A stretch of 63,105 nucleotides of DNA, filler included, from Sphacelaria rigidula (GCA_964200075.2; 11 parts of 11 records of this genome joined end to end with filler, not necessarily neighbours in it); one strand, 5' to 3'; shown: positions 24,996 to 38,744, numbered from the whole stretch's first letter. Notes: generated by a model from the sequence alone, not told the origin. Made by a program: numbers and translations.

Positions 24996-26569
24996 AATGC
25001 GCAACCCCTACCGTAGCATGACTCCTTAATTGTGCTAATGCTCACTACGTAGCCCGTGTGGTCAATCCCGGTTTAGAGAATATTGATACCCAAAGGGTAA
25101 GTCCTAATATATCGTGGACGAGATTGTGAAATTAATAAAAATAGAACGTAGTATACGTATACAGTTCTGTGTACTTACAGGTTCAAGGGTTATTGACCGC
25201 GAAGAAATTCGTTTGAGTACAGTATGTGAAAGCACCGTCTCATGTTTCGAGCTTTGTGCATGGTTGCTTATGTACATCAACATCACTTTTGTGATCGAAA
25301 TATTCATCATATAGGGGAGAGCTGGTATAAAAGTAGGCGGGAACTCAGGGACTCACTTTGGACAACTCTAGTCGACTGTTGTACAGTACAACACGTTATC
25401 CGATGGAGCTCTCTCTCTAGGCGCATGAATCAGGAGAACAACACACCACTTTTGCGCGGGGACCCCGCAAAACAGGCAGTACCCAGCGGTTGTCCTTGAC
25501 GAAAAAACTCATGCTGCACGTACTGATATCCACGCCACGGCACGGCATCCTATGCAACTCGGAATACAGTCCTTGAGCCAGTTTCCCCAAACAGTAGCAA
25601 GGAAATCTATCTGCGTTACTTCATTTCTTTCGGACGTGAAATGGCCAGATATGCGGTGTTTCATCATTTCGTTGTTTCCCGTTAACTGACCCGTGCGGAT
25701 CCAACCATGGCCACCGAAATAGATACAACCAAAACGTGGAGCAGACGGAAACCTTTGAAAGCTTCAAGGAAATCTGAGTTAAAAACAGAGGAAAAGATGA
25801 AAATAAAATAAAAACTAGCATCAAGAATAAACAAGAACAGGGAGCTAGCGAAAAGGAAACTCAAGTACAGATAAGCAGGGAACCACAAAAAAACAATGGA
25901 GTCATGCTACCACAGGGAGAGGGGGGGGGGGGTATTTCGGGCCGTTTTCTTCCACGATATTCCGCTTAAACCGCCGATGAGAGCTGCCAACAGTTGTTCG
26001 AACCCGCTTGCTTCCGATAAACAACGCTCATTCATACTGCTTCACACCGCTTCTACCCAAATACAAGCGCACAGCGAGTGTTTTAGGTCGTTCGACGCAT
26101 CTGTGACCACATTTTTCCGCGGAATAGAACACCCCCCGCCCCCTATCGAATCATGGCTCCAACAGCAGAAATGAACAAAAACAGGGTCATGAAGAGAACG
26201 TATTGTACGGACGGAGACACCGCGCGGAAAAGCAGACCTGAGGAACATTCCGACATGCCGCCACCAGGGCTCCAAAAGATCCAAAATAGCGCATACATAC
26301 ACCAAGAACGCCAGTCAGATCGTTTCATTGACACTACTCGTCTTCCTACTCTTCAATCCATTCCCCCAACTCCTCGCTAGCGTAGTTGGTGTACAGTGCC
26401 ATCGGTGTCGCAAATTTACTCTTGAAGCCCAGCCGATACGGCGTTCTTCGCAGCTCCATCTGCTCTCGCAAAAAGCCGTGATTCAGCGGGCCTGAGATTT
26501 GCGCGAAGGCAGGCAAAAAACGCAAGGGACACGAGTAGGGGGGAGGAGAGGGAGAAGCTTAACCCTTCG

Positions 26570-26778
26570 ACTGCGAGTATAGGTCATCTGTTGAACCAGC
26601 ATATCAATTTTACTTGAAAAATAAACGTATAGCCATATATGGCCTATCCTCGCGGCCAAAGGGTTTGAAATAGCCACGGGAACGAACAGAGGTTTCGCTT
26701 TGTGGGCACAACGCTTGGAGTGGAACTTAGGGAAATGGTAAGTGCTTGCGTGGCATTCTTCAGTGAACGCTTGCAGTG
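26570..26778 (-). CDS. Candidate exon of an unknown protein (3' boundary uncertain)
   Basis: TTTTTCCTGCAG| acceptor; open in phase 1 and in frame with exon 28019-28190 (TLQAFTEECHASTYHFPKFHSKRCAHKAKPLFVPVAISNPL...). Confidence 0.4.
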
Positions 26779-28018
26779 CTGCAGGAAAAATTGTTGAGAA
26801 TCAAGTGTATCCGAACTAGCGAGCAGACTCGGAGGGAAGTTGATACACTTGGAAGGGGGGGGGAGCATCAAGGATAAGGTCAAGGGGAGTAGGGATAAAA
26901 GGAACAAATCGAATACTCACGAATACTCAAAGCAGGAAAGCGTAGTCCACTCGTCAGTACCCGCGGGGGCTGTCTGAATCTATCGCTCCCTGCCGCCCTC
27001 CGCCTCACCTTCCCCCTCCCGACCCTCTTTGGGGTACATCTAACGTGAGGTTTGAAGGATCACCGAGTATAACCCTATTTATACTCGACTGAAGAGTAAA
27101 CTCCTCCCTCCGTTTCCTCTGACTTGAAAAAATAAAAATAAAAATGAGCCAAAATGGACCAGATATATGAGAGTATCAAAGACAGTGTCCTACTCGTATA
27201 ACATAACTCTACATGTCGTATTTGGGTCAGGGCCGAACGCTTTACATTACATGATAACCTTTCCGTTTCCTCCATGATGACTGAAGACTGTCGTATGGAC
27301 TAAATATCTCGAGCAGTGTCGCGTAGCTCACGTGAAATGTGATCCCACTCAGTTCCAGTCAGTGCCATTCGCAGCTAATTCCGGTTGGAAGGTCAAAACA
27401 CAGCGCACTCAACGCTGTGTAAGACACGTTGCCATCAGGGTCCATGTCGATGTAGCTCTACTGAAAGGTACTTGCATATTGGCGCGATGGGCAGTTTCCC
27501 ACCACGAAGCTCCATCACAGAGCCGTTATTTCAACATTGGAAATCGGCACTTGGCCCCACAAACGGCGCATTGTCTTTATTCTGCCACCATCAATGCACC
27601 ATACTCCACTACGTCAAACATGAGAAACAAAAACAAAAATGTAAACATACGCCACATTAATGTCCGTCATCAAGTTGCCTCGTACATCACCCACTGCGAG
27701 CTATAATTACAGAATCGCGCCACTTTCCCCCCTTCCCCTCCCGACGGAAGCTGTCGAGCAGGAGTAGGACCGGTGCTCCGTGTTGAAACGGATACGTGGT
27801 CAATGGTTGAACGACTAAGGCAAGGCGAGCACAAAAATGAGTACGCCCCCCTCGGAAGCTGTCGAGCCTGTTCCGGCGTAAGCCCGTAGTGCTCCGTCCC
27901 GGCTTTGCAGGGATGCGAGGTCAGTGGTCTCATGACAACGGCACGCAATGTCACGAATACAGCCCTGAAACTGCCTCAGCAAAACTCTACCAGCTAACAG
28001 CAACACAAAGTAACTCAC

Positions 28019-28190
28019 TAGTGATGAACATCATGGGCGTGACCCCTCCTTGCTGCTCCCCTCTTGCCGCTGCTTCCCTTGCGGCTGACTCTCCTTCGCC
28101 CGCCTCCGCTGTCGTCGTCACGGGCGCTCGCCGCGGCCGTCGCGCGATGATTTTCGCGGTCTCCAGAAACTTGCCCACGCACTCCGAGTT
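28019..28190 (-). CDS. Internal exon of an unknown protein
   Basis: AAAAACAG| acceptor, |GTGAGT donor, GC-rich; encodes NSECVGKFLETAKIIARRPRRAPVTTTAEAGEGESAAREAAARGEQQGGVTPMMFIT. Confidence 0.6.
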
Positions 28191-29893
28191 CTGTTTTTGT
28201 TCCGATCACGTCCGGGTTTTGAATTTTTCGAGTCATTCGACCCAAACGACCGGCTAAAAACGAGCATACATGCGCATGTGTTTGTTTGTGGGGGTAGCTT
28301 TCATTGACCACATTGACCCGACGTGTACATAGGTCTCATGCTTTGCCGTCGTACAATTGCTCCACCGACGCAAGCCTGTATACTGCGTCGGCCCGTGGGG
28401 CGGGGGGCTACTCATTTGTTGCTTGCCTTAGTCGTTCGACCATTGACCACGCATCCCTCTCGAGACGCAGCACCGCTCCTACTCCCAATAGAGACACCTA
28501 CAACATCCTGGCGCTCACCACGTTTCTTCAAAAGTTCACTACGTTTCTTCTATACATTACACAAAAACATCTTACATATCTTATCCCCGTCCTGTTTCGC
28601 AGTCTCTGGCCACCATCCATCTCCTAGTATANNNNNNNNNNNNNNNNNNNNNNNNNNNNNNNNNNNNNNNNNNNNTTAATTAATTAANNNNNNNNNNNNN
28701 NNNNNNNNNNNNNNNNNNNNNNNNNNNNNNNGAGTCCACCCCCTCCCCCCCTCCCCCCCCCCTCCCCCCTTCCCACCGCCGCTGTCTCTGGATCTAGCGA
28801 TGCCAGAAAATAAAGCGATTCATTGTAGCTGTGGCTCTGCATATGTCGGGAATGCCTGACGGTACACCAAACTTTTCGATTCACACTCTACCGTAACGAA
28901 TAACACGTAGTCACTGCTGCGTGCCTACCTTGTGATAACACCGTGATCGGCCCATCAACTACATTTTGTTCTGGTCATTCGTGCCCTCTGCTGCCTGTAG
29001 GGTGTACCGTGGCCGTTGCATACACCGAGTGTACGTAGTCGGCAGCTACGGGTCTCACGTACTGTACTGATTAAAACCCAATTGAAATATCGCCCCAACT
29101 TACGGGATCTTACCCTTAATCAGTGTGCCCCATCTGTATGGTATGCAATGCATTCAGCACTGTACTATATTGTACAATGTAGCCCTGATTTTCATGCTCG
29201 TCTTATTTGTGCTTTTCGCTTCTCAGATACTTGGTGCCGGGAAAATGGATGTAGAAGGACGTTCCGAAACGCATCACCGCGTAACCTGACCATTATCCAG
29301 TACGGATTTACAACAGTGTCTTTGGGTAGTATCACACGGCGATCAAGAACACCCCATGCAACAACTTTCCAGTGGTGATTGTGCACTATTAATACGCAAA
29401 AACCGTATCGGTGGTGCCTTCGTCTCGCATGCAAAGATATGAGCTCTGCTAACGCCTATCATGTTATGAGTTTTCGGGACCCAAAAAGTCATCATCCGGA
29501 GGTGGCATACAGGAGATGGTATATATACTATTCGGGACAACTGAAGACGTTATTGTGTGCCCGGGATTTGCACGCGTTGCGGATGACCCAGCTCGTCCTT
29601 GTTCCATGTTTTGGAACATACGGCACAAAACGCGTCCCAGGAAGCCATCACCGAAATTATCTTTTTAAATATACGAAATACAAGAGAGCGTCGGCACTTG
29701 AACGCAAACGATTCTGGCCGTCCTTCAAGAGTCTTCCTCTCGTGTGGCAAGCTCCAGTTCCTTCGAGCATCAAGAATATGAATGGTTTTCTTTTTTGGGT
29801 AGCATCAACGATCAATGAAATATAACACGCACAATTTTGTTTAGTTCTGCAATGAGGTAGGTATATGCACTATCACACAAACGACCAACCCTC

Positions 29894-30098
29894 TGAGGGT
29901 AGGACGAGTAGAGTATACTCAATTGCGGGGTATTTTGAAAGTCGTACTTGAAGTACACGAATTGGGAGTAGGGTTTTAGGGATCGCTTTCCAGGTGTGTT
30001 TTGGGTACAACTCCCGACACTTTACCCTATTTTGAGCACCCCAAGTACGTCTTTCAAAATACCCCGCAATTGAGTACACTCTGCTCGACCTGCCCTTG
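29894..30098. mobile_element. hAT-type MITE, same family as 21133
   Basis: Same TIRs; 8-bp TSD CAACCCTC (29886-29893, 30099-30106). Confidence 0.92.
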
Positions 30099-30680
30099 CA
30101 ACCCTCGCTGTTTCAATGGTGTCGACGACTCGAAAAAAAGTCCGCAGAAGAGAACACTCTCTTGGCACTGCTTTTTTGTTCTCACGTGCATGTGACCTTC
30201 ACACTGCTGTCATCCATGCCACTTATCCCGCCATGTACAGCACTGTTGTGCGATCTGCATACCCTTGATACTCGACCCTTCTAATGCAGTAGCTACAGCC
30301 ATGCCCCGATTGCCGGAGTACTCGGAGGCTCAGGTACTATGGCTGACGGACAGATCCCATTCTCAATGGTGTGCTGAGCTTGAAGGGAGCAATATCGAAA
30401 ATGTGGCGCGGCTCCACTTTTTGGAGTTCGTCCTACGTGGCCCATTTCCGGGTGTCGGGTGTTGGTTGCACGCTTGGGTGAGCGAAAAAAACAGATCACC
30501 GTCTTGTCCAAGAGAGGCTTGAATGATGACGTGGGTCACAGTATAAGTAAATTTTATTTCTTGTTGTCCGTCGCGCGCACACGCCTACATACACACGGTC
30601 TCTCTCGCGCGCAACACAAGGGTTCAGGGTATCGGGGACGACAACACTGCAGCATCGCTAGCACTATCAAGACCTCCCTA

Positions 30681-31013
30681 ATGGCGTCCATGGCGCCCGC
30701 TACGCCGGCAGCGGCGACAAGCTTCGCAGGGGTGGTGCTTGCGACCCTACTCACGTGCTCTCCTGTGGGCGAATCCTTCGTGGCGGCCCCCGCCGGCGCG
30801 TTTCCGGCCGGCCGTGCAGCGAGTCGGGGTGCCGTGCGATTCGGAATCAATGGTGGTGATAGTATTCGGACGGGGCGAAGAGAGGTCGTGAGGCAAAGCG
30901 CGTACCTTAGGAGTGGCGTTGCTTGGGGTGCGGAACGTGGGAGTGGCAGTGATGGTGTGAGGCGGTCGGTCATTGTTCGCGGCGCCAGGCGAAGAAGCAC
31001 CAGACTCGCAGAG
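30681..31013 (+). CDS. First exon of a nuclear gene for a plastid-targeted protein (bipartite presequence)
   Basis: MASMAPATPAAATSFAGVVLATLLTCSPVGES-FVAAP: signal peptide plus ASAFAP-like cleavage site, then an R/S/A/G-rich transit peptide; GAG|GT donor, 111 codons. Confidence 0.8.
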
Positions 31014-33711
31014 GTGTTGTGATCGCCCCCCCCCCCCTCCCCGTCATTACCTCTATTAATTCATGCTTCTAGGTGTTTGGGGTCGTTCAAGGGAGGGGGG
31101 GGAGGGTACTTGAAAACAAGGGAAGAGGTATTGTGTAGATGTGGCGTGCCGATGTACCGTGTATGGTGTTGTGTGGGCAGTATAGTTGGTATTTTGAGTA
31201 TTGCTAGCAGGGGGAGAAATGAGTGTTGGAAGCGCCCACAGTAGCTGACACCTGATGTTTGTCTCGTGCAGAATTCGTGTCGTCTCTTATAGAAATTGTT
31301 CGTGTGCTGCCGGTCAGTGGGTTCAATTTTGGAGGTTTTCTCAACGCAACGTGCCTACACTGTGTCCCTGTTAGTCGGACGAATAATCACACGCTACTGT
31401 CGCTCGGGTGCTTTCCTCTCTCTCCCCTGTGCTCCCTTCGTGTGGCTCGTTCTTTTCCGCTGTGGGGAGATGTTCAAGATGCCGCATATGTTTTGTGTTG
31501 TTGCTGTGGTAATAATCGAGGTGGTCGGTGTTTCGCGTATCGTTCTCCAAGAACTCAGAATCCAAAATCCAACACGAAGTAGTACCAGAAACAAATAATC
31601 TGAAAGCAACCAGTAGTAAAAAAACGTCCAACAAAACCGACCAACCGAAAGCAGACTCACCATTTTGTTTCTGCTATATGCTGCAGTATTTCGATACCTT
31701 TCAGGCCAAGAACAAAACTATATCAGGTTAGATATATTTATGGAGGATCACAAGATTGAACTTTTGCAAGACAATACGATGCATCCCTGCGGTAATCGCG
31801 GGTGGAGGGGCGCGGGGGGTCACCCAAACAAAAACTCTCCAACAAGTTCTGAGACAGTGATTGCTGTTCTGTGTGGTCAGAGGTCAATAATTCCCCGAGA
31901 CGATGAACAATGACGACGGAAAGCTAGTTTGGATAGTCTCCAGCACAGTTCGCTGTAGCCGATGTCTGAAAGCCGCGTTCGGCACGTGGGTCCGTCACTG
32001 TTCGACATGAAGATAGATTTTCTTCGGGAGGAGAGGCTTTTGAAACATGGTTCGATGGGACTGTGTGTCGAAGACATTTCGATTTTTTGTTCATTGGAAG
32101 TGTGCTCCGATAAACTTGTTTCCTCATTTCTCGGAAACTTGGGTAACCTCGTCATGGGTGATCTGCTGAAGGCATGCAGAATATACGTCAGGGGAGGGAG
32201 TGACCACGCGTTGTTGTTGTTGTTGTTATGGTTACCTTCTTTGGGCATCAAAATATTTGCTTTTGCAACGCTCCCGCTTTCCCTCCTCCCCGTGTTGCTG
32301 CCGACTTCTTCGTGTCTTATTTTTTCTGGCCGTTTTACTCCAAAAGCACCCGTGCTTACAAGAGGGACCCCTCGAGGACGGAGTTTGGCCAAGACGGCCG
32401 GTCGACCTTAATGCCACTGAAGAGTGGACCCCAACCTTCCGGGTGTGTGCACGATGAACTAGAAAGTCGGATCTTGAAGCGCATTTGTTGTTGGTTGGTC
32501 CCTATTTTTCCTTCCGCTATCACTCATTAGCTGTCAGCACATCTTGGATGACTGGCGGGTGGTGCAATAGTCGCCAAAGGTGAAAAAAAGTACGGGGAAA
32601 GTATGAGAAATAGACTCGATACTCCGCGTAGTACCCGTTTTTCATGTCGCAACCAACTGTTGACGACTATTGCATCTCCTATCATCCAAGGTTTGGTCGT
32701 CAGCCTGCTGACTTTTGGCCGTTGTTCTTTCTTGTTTAATCGCACTACTGCTTCTATTTCCCAATTGTACACCTCCTAATGTTGTTGTCAACTCGACCGA
32801 CGCGATTCCCGGGCCGAAGTCATATGACAAAAAAACGTGGTACATATGTGCGAATCGCATTTGGTGGGGCGGAGGTGCTGTAGTGTTGGACGTGTCGGCG
32901 TCCGTGCTGTTACGTCTAGGCATGAGCTGGATGGAGTACCTGCTATTGTATACCGCTGGCGCCTCGTGTATACCTCTACACATGTACATGTAGAGAGCAT
33001 GCTGTCGACCTTCCCGCGTTTCCGCAAAGTTGATCAATCCCCTACGTGACTTTTCGCGAAGAGCCTTACACAATGTAGCTCGATAGCTCACCTGAAATTC
33101 GAATGAAGACGCTCACAATGATACTGAAAAACACCGAGGTAATGAGGAATCCAAAAGTGATGGAAAGGCGGCTAAGATGCGGAATTTTATAGAAACCACC
33201 TCATATTCCGGAAACCCCAACCAGGAAAAGGTTGAAGCTGCGTATCGCGTATCTACGTATGCTGAGTCATTCCTGAAGCTGCTGTAGTTGCCCCCCGGTG
33301 TACCTCCGAAGTGAGCTTTGGTGAAGCGTGGAAAGGTATATCAAGCTGCTTGCTTGATGTTCAATGTCCAGGAGTTACTGCAAACTCGTTTTGGACCAAT
33401 GTCAAGGATGTTTGACTCAGCCCCAAGGAAAGCGGGGGATGAGAAGGCATGAGTGAGGACCTTCCAACACGAGGAGTGGGAGCGTGTGCTTCAGATGTGC
33501 TGCTAGCAGTAAGATATATGGCGTCAGGGTGAACAGAGGAGACAAATAGTGCAAAAATTGTGGTCGGATGGCGAATAGTCGTCGATCCCTTGGTAGCTTG
33601 AACATACAAACCAAGACCACGAGACCCTGACATCAAGAAATTAATTTTGGTTGAGGGGGTATATATAGATTATTTTTTCGTCATACTTACATTCCCCCCA
33701 CCCCATCGGGC

Positions 33712-34310
33712 TAATAAATGCGCGGTACTCGTCTGAGACGAAGATAAGAGAAATACGGTAGAGTTCAAGTGGAAGTGGGGAGAAGAGAAATTACCGATCG
33801 TAGACCAGTATACATACCTTGGCGTAAAGATAAAAAAAACGTTTTCTTGGGATGCACATATTGAGAAAGTAGTAGGAAAGGGTAAGGCACAGATAGGCAG
33901 GATGAACGTGATCCTTAGAGACTTGCAACTAGACACCAGGATTAAGAGATGCATCCTGATGAGCGTGAGCGTACCAAAGCTGGAATATGCAGGAGAACCA
34001 CGGGAGGGCAACGTGAAGTTGGTGAAGAAGTTGGAAACAGTTCAGATGGCAGCAGCTAAGCAAAAACTTTGATGCTCGAGAACGACGAGTAATACAGTAT
34101 CGAGAGCAGAGTTGAGAATGTACCCACTTGAAACAATCAGAGACATGAGGAAATTGCGATGACAATATAGCGTAAAGAACATGCAGAGAAAGAGGTTGCC
34201 AGCTATAGTTGATAAGGCTGTATGGGAGGAAATGACGAAAGGACGGGCTGGAATAAGGCGGGATAGAGAAGTCGAGAAAGTATGGAAATATGTAGGGGGA
34301 AATCAGGCAT
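33712..34310 (+). mobile_element. LINE ORF2 fragment (RT C-terminal part), same family as 34564-36821
   Basis: KCAVLV..FKWKWGEEKLPIVDQYTYLG..PKLEYAGE..RAEL.MYPLET; preceded by a C-rich tract. Confidence 0.9.
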
Positions 34311-34478
34311 ACCCTGGACAATAGAATACACGGTCGAAAAATGTACTGCGTACAGTATGGAATCTATTGTCTATTGCNNNNNNNNNNNNNNNNNNNNNNN
34401 NNNNNNNNNNNNNNNNNNNNNTTAATTAATTAANNNNNNNNNNNNNNNNNNNNNNNNNNNNNNNNNNNNNNNNNNNNG

Positions 34479-34509
<31 letters not shown>

Positions 34510-34563
34510 AGGGGTACTCATGATCTTGCATGCAATAGTCATATAACCACAGAGTGGGGCGGC

Positions 34564-36821
34564 GTACTCATTCGTTGCTTGCCTTAGTCGTTTGACCATT
34601 GACCACGCATCCCGTTCGAGACGGAGCACCCTTTCTACCCCTAGTAGAGACACCTTCAACATTCAGGCGCTAATTACGTTTCTTCAATAAATGACACGAA
34701 AATATTTTACATATCTTATCCCCGTCCTGTTTCGCCGTCTTCAGCCACCATCTATCATCTAGTATAACCATCGTTTTCTCGCTACTGTCCAATGCATCAA
34801 ACGAATTCATTGACGTCCCGCATTTCCCCGCTCTAGCACGTCCCGTTCCTTGTATAGTTCACATTCTGCCACTACATGACTCCTGCTTTCTGTTCCTTCG
34901 CCACAGGGGCAATTCTGTGCATACTTCCTCCTCCTCTCGACGACTGGTATATCTCTTTCTTCTCTACTGGCGGGTCCAGGTCCCCCACCCGAAATCGCAG
35001 TTTCAAAATTTTCGCTCGGTCCATGGGGCCATGCACATATGTTTTCATCCCTATCCCCTCTCTCACCCCTCCGTATATTTTCAGGTGTTCTTCCTCGTCT
35101 ACGCTGCGTCTGAGCGCTCATTCTTCCCTTATTTCCACCATGCCTCTTACTTTTGTCTTGTACCGCGCGCCTTCACATATGGACAGTATTTCATCTGGGT
35201 TCCCTCCTATCTCCTTCCATACTTTCTCGACTTCTTTATCCCACCTTACTCCAGCATGCCCTCTCGTGATTGATTTCCATACAGCCTCATCAATTGTAGC
35301 TGGCAATCTCTTTTTCTCCGGATGTTCTTTACGCTATGCCGCCATCGCAATTTTCTCGTGTCTCTGTTAGTTTCAAGTGGGTACGTTCCCAACTCTGCTC
35401 TCGAAACTGTATTACTCGTCGTTTCCGAGCATCCAAGTATCTTCTTAGCTGCTGCCATCTGTACTGTTTCCAACTTCTTCATCAACTTCACGTCCCTCTC
35501 CCATACTTCTCCTGCATATTCCAGCTCTAGTACAATCACGTTCATCACGATACATCTCTTGATCCTAGTGTCTAGATGCGAGTCTCTGAGGATCACGTCC
35601 ATCCTGCCTATATGTGCCTTACCTTACCCTTTTCTATTTCTTTGTTCATGTGTGTATCCCAACAACACTTTCTTGACATCTCTACGCCAAGGTATGTATA
35701 CTGGTCTACGATTGGCAGTGTCTCTTCTCCCCACTCCCTTTTGAACTCTACTAGATTTTTTTCATCTTCGTTACAGACGAGTACCGCGCATTTGTTAACG
35801 TTCGCTGTTACTCTGCATTTTCTAGTATATTCTAGCGCCTTGTCTATCTGTGTCTGTAATCCTTCTGCTGTTCCTGATACTCCCACAAAACCATCCGCGA
35901 ACATCAACCCTGATACCCTATCTTCACCCACCTTGACTCCTTGATTTGCTGCTTCTATTGCTATTATCAGGTCATTAATAAATACCTCGAACAACGCACG
36001 TGATAACGTACACCCTTGAACAAACTCCTAGTAAGATACCAAACTATTTCGATATTTCCCCATCTAGCATCATGGCACGATTGGCACATTCTGCCATCTT
36101 GACCATTCTCCACATATTTCCTCTGATCCCAGTTACCCACACTTTTATTGCAGCCCATTTCTCCATACTGTCATAAGCTTTTTGTACGTCCAGAAAGAAA
36201 CAGTATGTTGTCAGCCCGGGGTCTTTCCTACCCTGATAAGTGTGTACACATGGTCTACGCAACTACGGCTTGGTCGATAACCTGCTCGCCCCTTGCTGAT
36301 TCTCGCTTCCTTTTCTAGCATCGTTCCTGCTCTATCGTTCAGATTCTTACAGAATGTTTTCCCTACCGTGCTCAGTAGCGTGATCCCTCTATAGCTTCCT
36401 GGGTCAGCCTTGTCTCCTTCCTTGAGAAGGTTGATAATTACTCCTTCTCTCCATCTCTTGAGTGTGTACTCGTTTTCCCATATCCAGTTGTACAGCATAA
36501 CCATCATGACAATCATTCCCTCTCCACCGTAAATATACTTGAGAAATTCATCAACTATTTCGTCTGCCCCTGCTGCCTTTCTGTTCCTGAGTTCAGCTAC
36601 ACACCCCTTCACTTCATCTCTGGTAAACTCTCTCTGCAATTCTTTCGAGCCACTATCCTCCCGTTTAGACGTCTCTACATTTGCCTCTGCCCACGCGTTG
36701 ATTTCTTTTTCGAATTCCTTGTCGAACTTCGTGTTCGTTTTTGGTGTTCCTAGTTGACGGTAGTGCTCGGCCAGCACTTCTCTCTTCCTCTTCGAACAAC
36801 TGACCATTTTTACCATTTTGT
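34564..36821 (-). pseudogene. 5'-truncated non-LTR retrotransposon (LINE) ORF2: reverse transcriptase plus C-terminal CPC..H..C region, with frameshifts
   Basis: KAAGADEI, YRGITLLSTVGK, FFLDVQKAYD, FINDL..LMFAD, YTYLG and CPCG..H...C motifs in order; ends ATGAGTAC next to a C-rich tract. Confidence 0.93.
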
Positions 36822-37572
36822 GCCCGTAGTGCGGCTTTTCCGTTGCCTCTCTTTCCTGCCTGGTTTCCCGATATCCCTTTTGGGGCAATGGCCTAGAAAA
36901 GGTATACCTTCTCGTATTTTGCCTGAGAAAGGTACGAAAAATGACCAGAAACACGAAAACAGCGAGACACACAATCTGAAGCAATTCCGCTCCGAATTTT
37001 TTACGCACAGTAACCGGGGGGGGGGGGGCCCCCCGGAACCCGGGGCCGGGAAAACAAAAGGTTTGGGGGGGAATCTTAGGGTTACAACAAGGAACACNNN
37101 NNNNNNNGACAACACAACACGCCGGGCCTCTACACAGAAGGCTCCCCGCCTCCACAGTTTTTGCAGCAGCGAGCGGGGTGGTGGGGGGGGCTCCTCGGAA
37201 CCCGGGCCCGGTAGACCAAAAGCTTTGGCGGTATATCTATGGTTGACAACATGACCACTTGATTTTAGATTTGATAAAGTTCTGAGAAAATGTATCGTTT
37301 GGGGGCAGGCGAGCAGTAGACCCAGCTCGTCCAGAACGTATTTTTGTCGAAATCGGCCTTACGAAGTTCAAGGGACCTCACCGTGCTGTGAGTACTTTGT
37401 AGCGCTCACGCAGAGCCGATACCACGAGCGTTGTGTCTCCCCCACTTGCACCACCTGCGCCTGCGCCCACGCTCCATCCCATAGGCACCTGCAAGTGGTC
37501 ATTGTCAGGTTTTGCAGTCATCCGCCGCGCGAGGTACTGTGACGCAAACGCGTGATATTGATAAAATAGCGA

Positions 37573-37931
37573 GCCGGTCGCCCCGGTGGCTCAGTCGGTA
37601 ACCTCGAGACATTTTGACGGTTGGGTCGTGGGTTCGAATCTCGGAACGATCTGGGATTCTTCCTCACACCATGCCTGACAGTGGAGACGGTCCATGTCGT
37701 GGGACACAAAATTCGACTTAATGGTCGACGAGGGAAAGGGACTGCTGAGTCCCTCTCGCGATAAAAAAACAAAGGCGAGCACCGCAGACGGAAGGCGGAC
37801 AAGAAAAAGAAACAAACAAGAAAAAACTCCTGTGTTGCCCTTCCTCCAGTGTGACCCCCCGGCTGGTGCGCCCACGCATATCGAAAGGTGTAGACCGGCA
37901 TCCGAAATAGATGGGACGACAACACACACAC
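37573..37931 (+). mobile_element. tRNA-derived SINE (~360 bp, CA-repeat tail); copies at 44403-44761 -, 51559-51615 +, 57570-57850 +, 59170-59357 -, 11494-11575 +
   Basis: A box TGGCTCAGTCGG and B box GGTTCGAATC, followed by a conserved non-tRNA body shared by six loci. Confidence 0.88.
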
Positions 37932-38384
37932 AGTGGAGCACTAGCACGCGAAAATCTATAGCCGCTGTGCAAGTCTGATCCGAACTGATCTCTGAAAAAA
38001 TATATGTTAATTGAGCCGTCATCTATGATGATAAAATCAAATAAAATGATATATATGTACAGATATATACTGTATATAAATATGTGCTCCCTTTCTCCAA
38101 AAAATATAAGATGAGCCCCACACCCACCATCCCAGTCCCTTCACCCCCATCACATTGTTATAATATTCACATGTTTCATAATTTTATTTTCTTCATCTTT
38201 ATTGTTTTCATAATCACACGTTTTTATATATATATATATTTTCATATAATATATATATATATATTTTCATATAATATATATATATATATAAAATTTCTTG
38301 GACATATTAAAATTTTCATCATCATTGTCACGAGACTTGTTGACATGTACGAGCTGGGCCAGCCTAGAGGCGGATTTGAAGTTT

Positions 38385-38672
38385 GCAGGCCCATGCTCCC
38401 GCCAATTTTTAGAGTTGGACCTTGAAATTTGGTATGGACAATGAATGGGGCATGAAAAAAAAATTAAGTCGGTACCAAAATGTTTTTTTTTTATTAATGA
38501 GTCAAGGGCAATAATCAGTTTTCAGGTATCAGTGAAATGCCGTCAACTCATGAAAAAAAAAAAAATGGTACCGACGTAATTTTTTTTCATGCCCAATGCA
38601 ATATCCATATCAAATTTTAGAGTCCCCCCCTCCATCTCCNNNTTAAACGAAAAAAAAATTTAATAAAAAAAA

Positions 38673-38744
<72 letters not shown>

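Noticed and set aside
31687..31726. Second exon of the plastid-targeted gene (YFDTFQAKNKTIS)
   Set aside because: AG/GT sites are plausible but the exon is too short to support without transcript data
37573..37650. tRNA gene
   Set aside because: A and B boxes are present but there is no proper cloverleaf, and it continues into a multi-copy body; it is a SINE head
38640..38741. Long poly(A) tail of a retrocopy
   Set aside because: It abuts an N gap and lies between duplicated flanks; probably a low-quality gap fill
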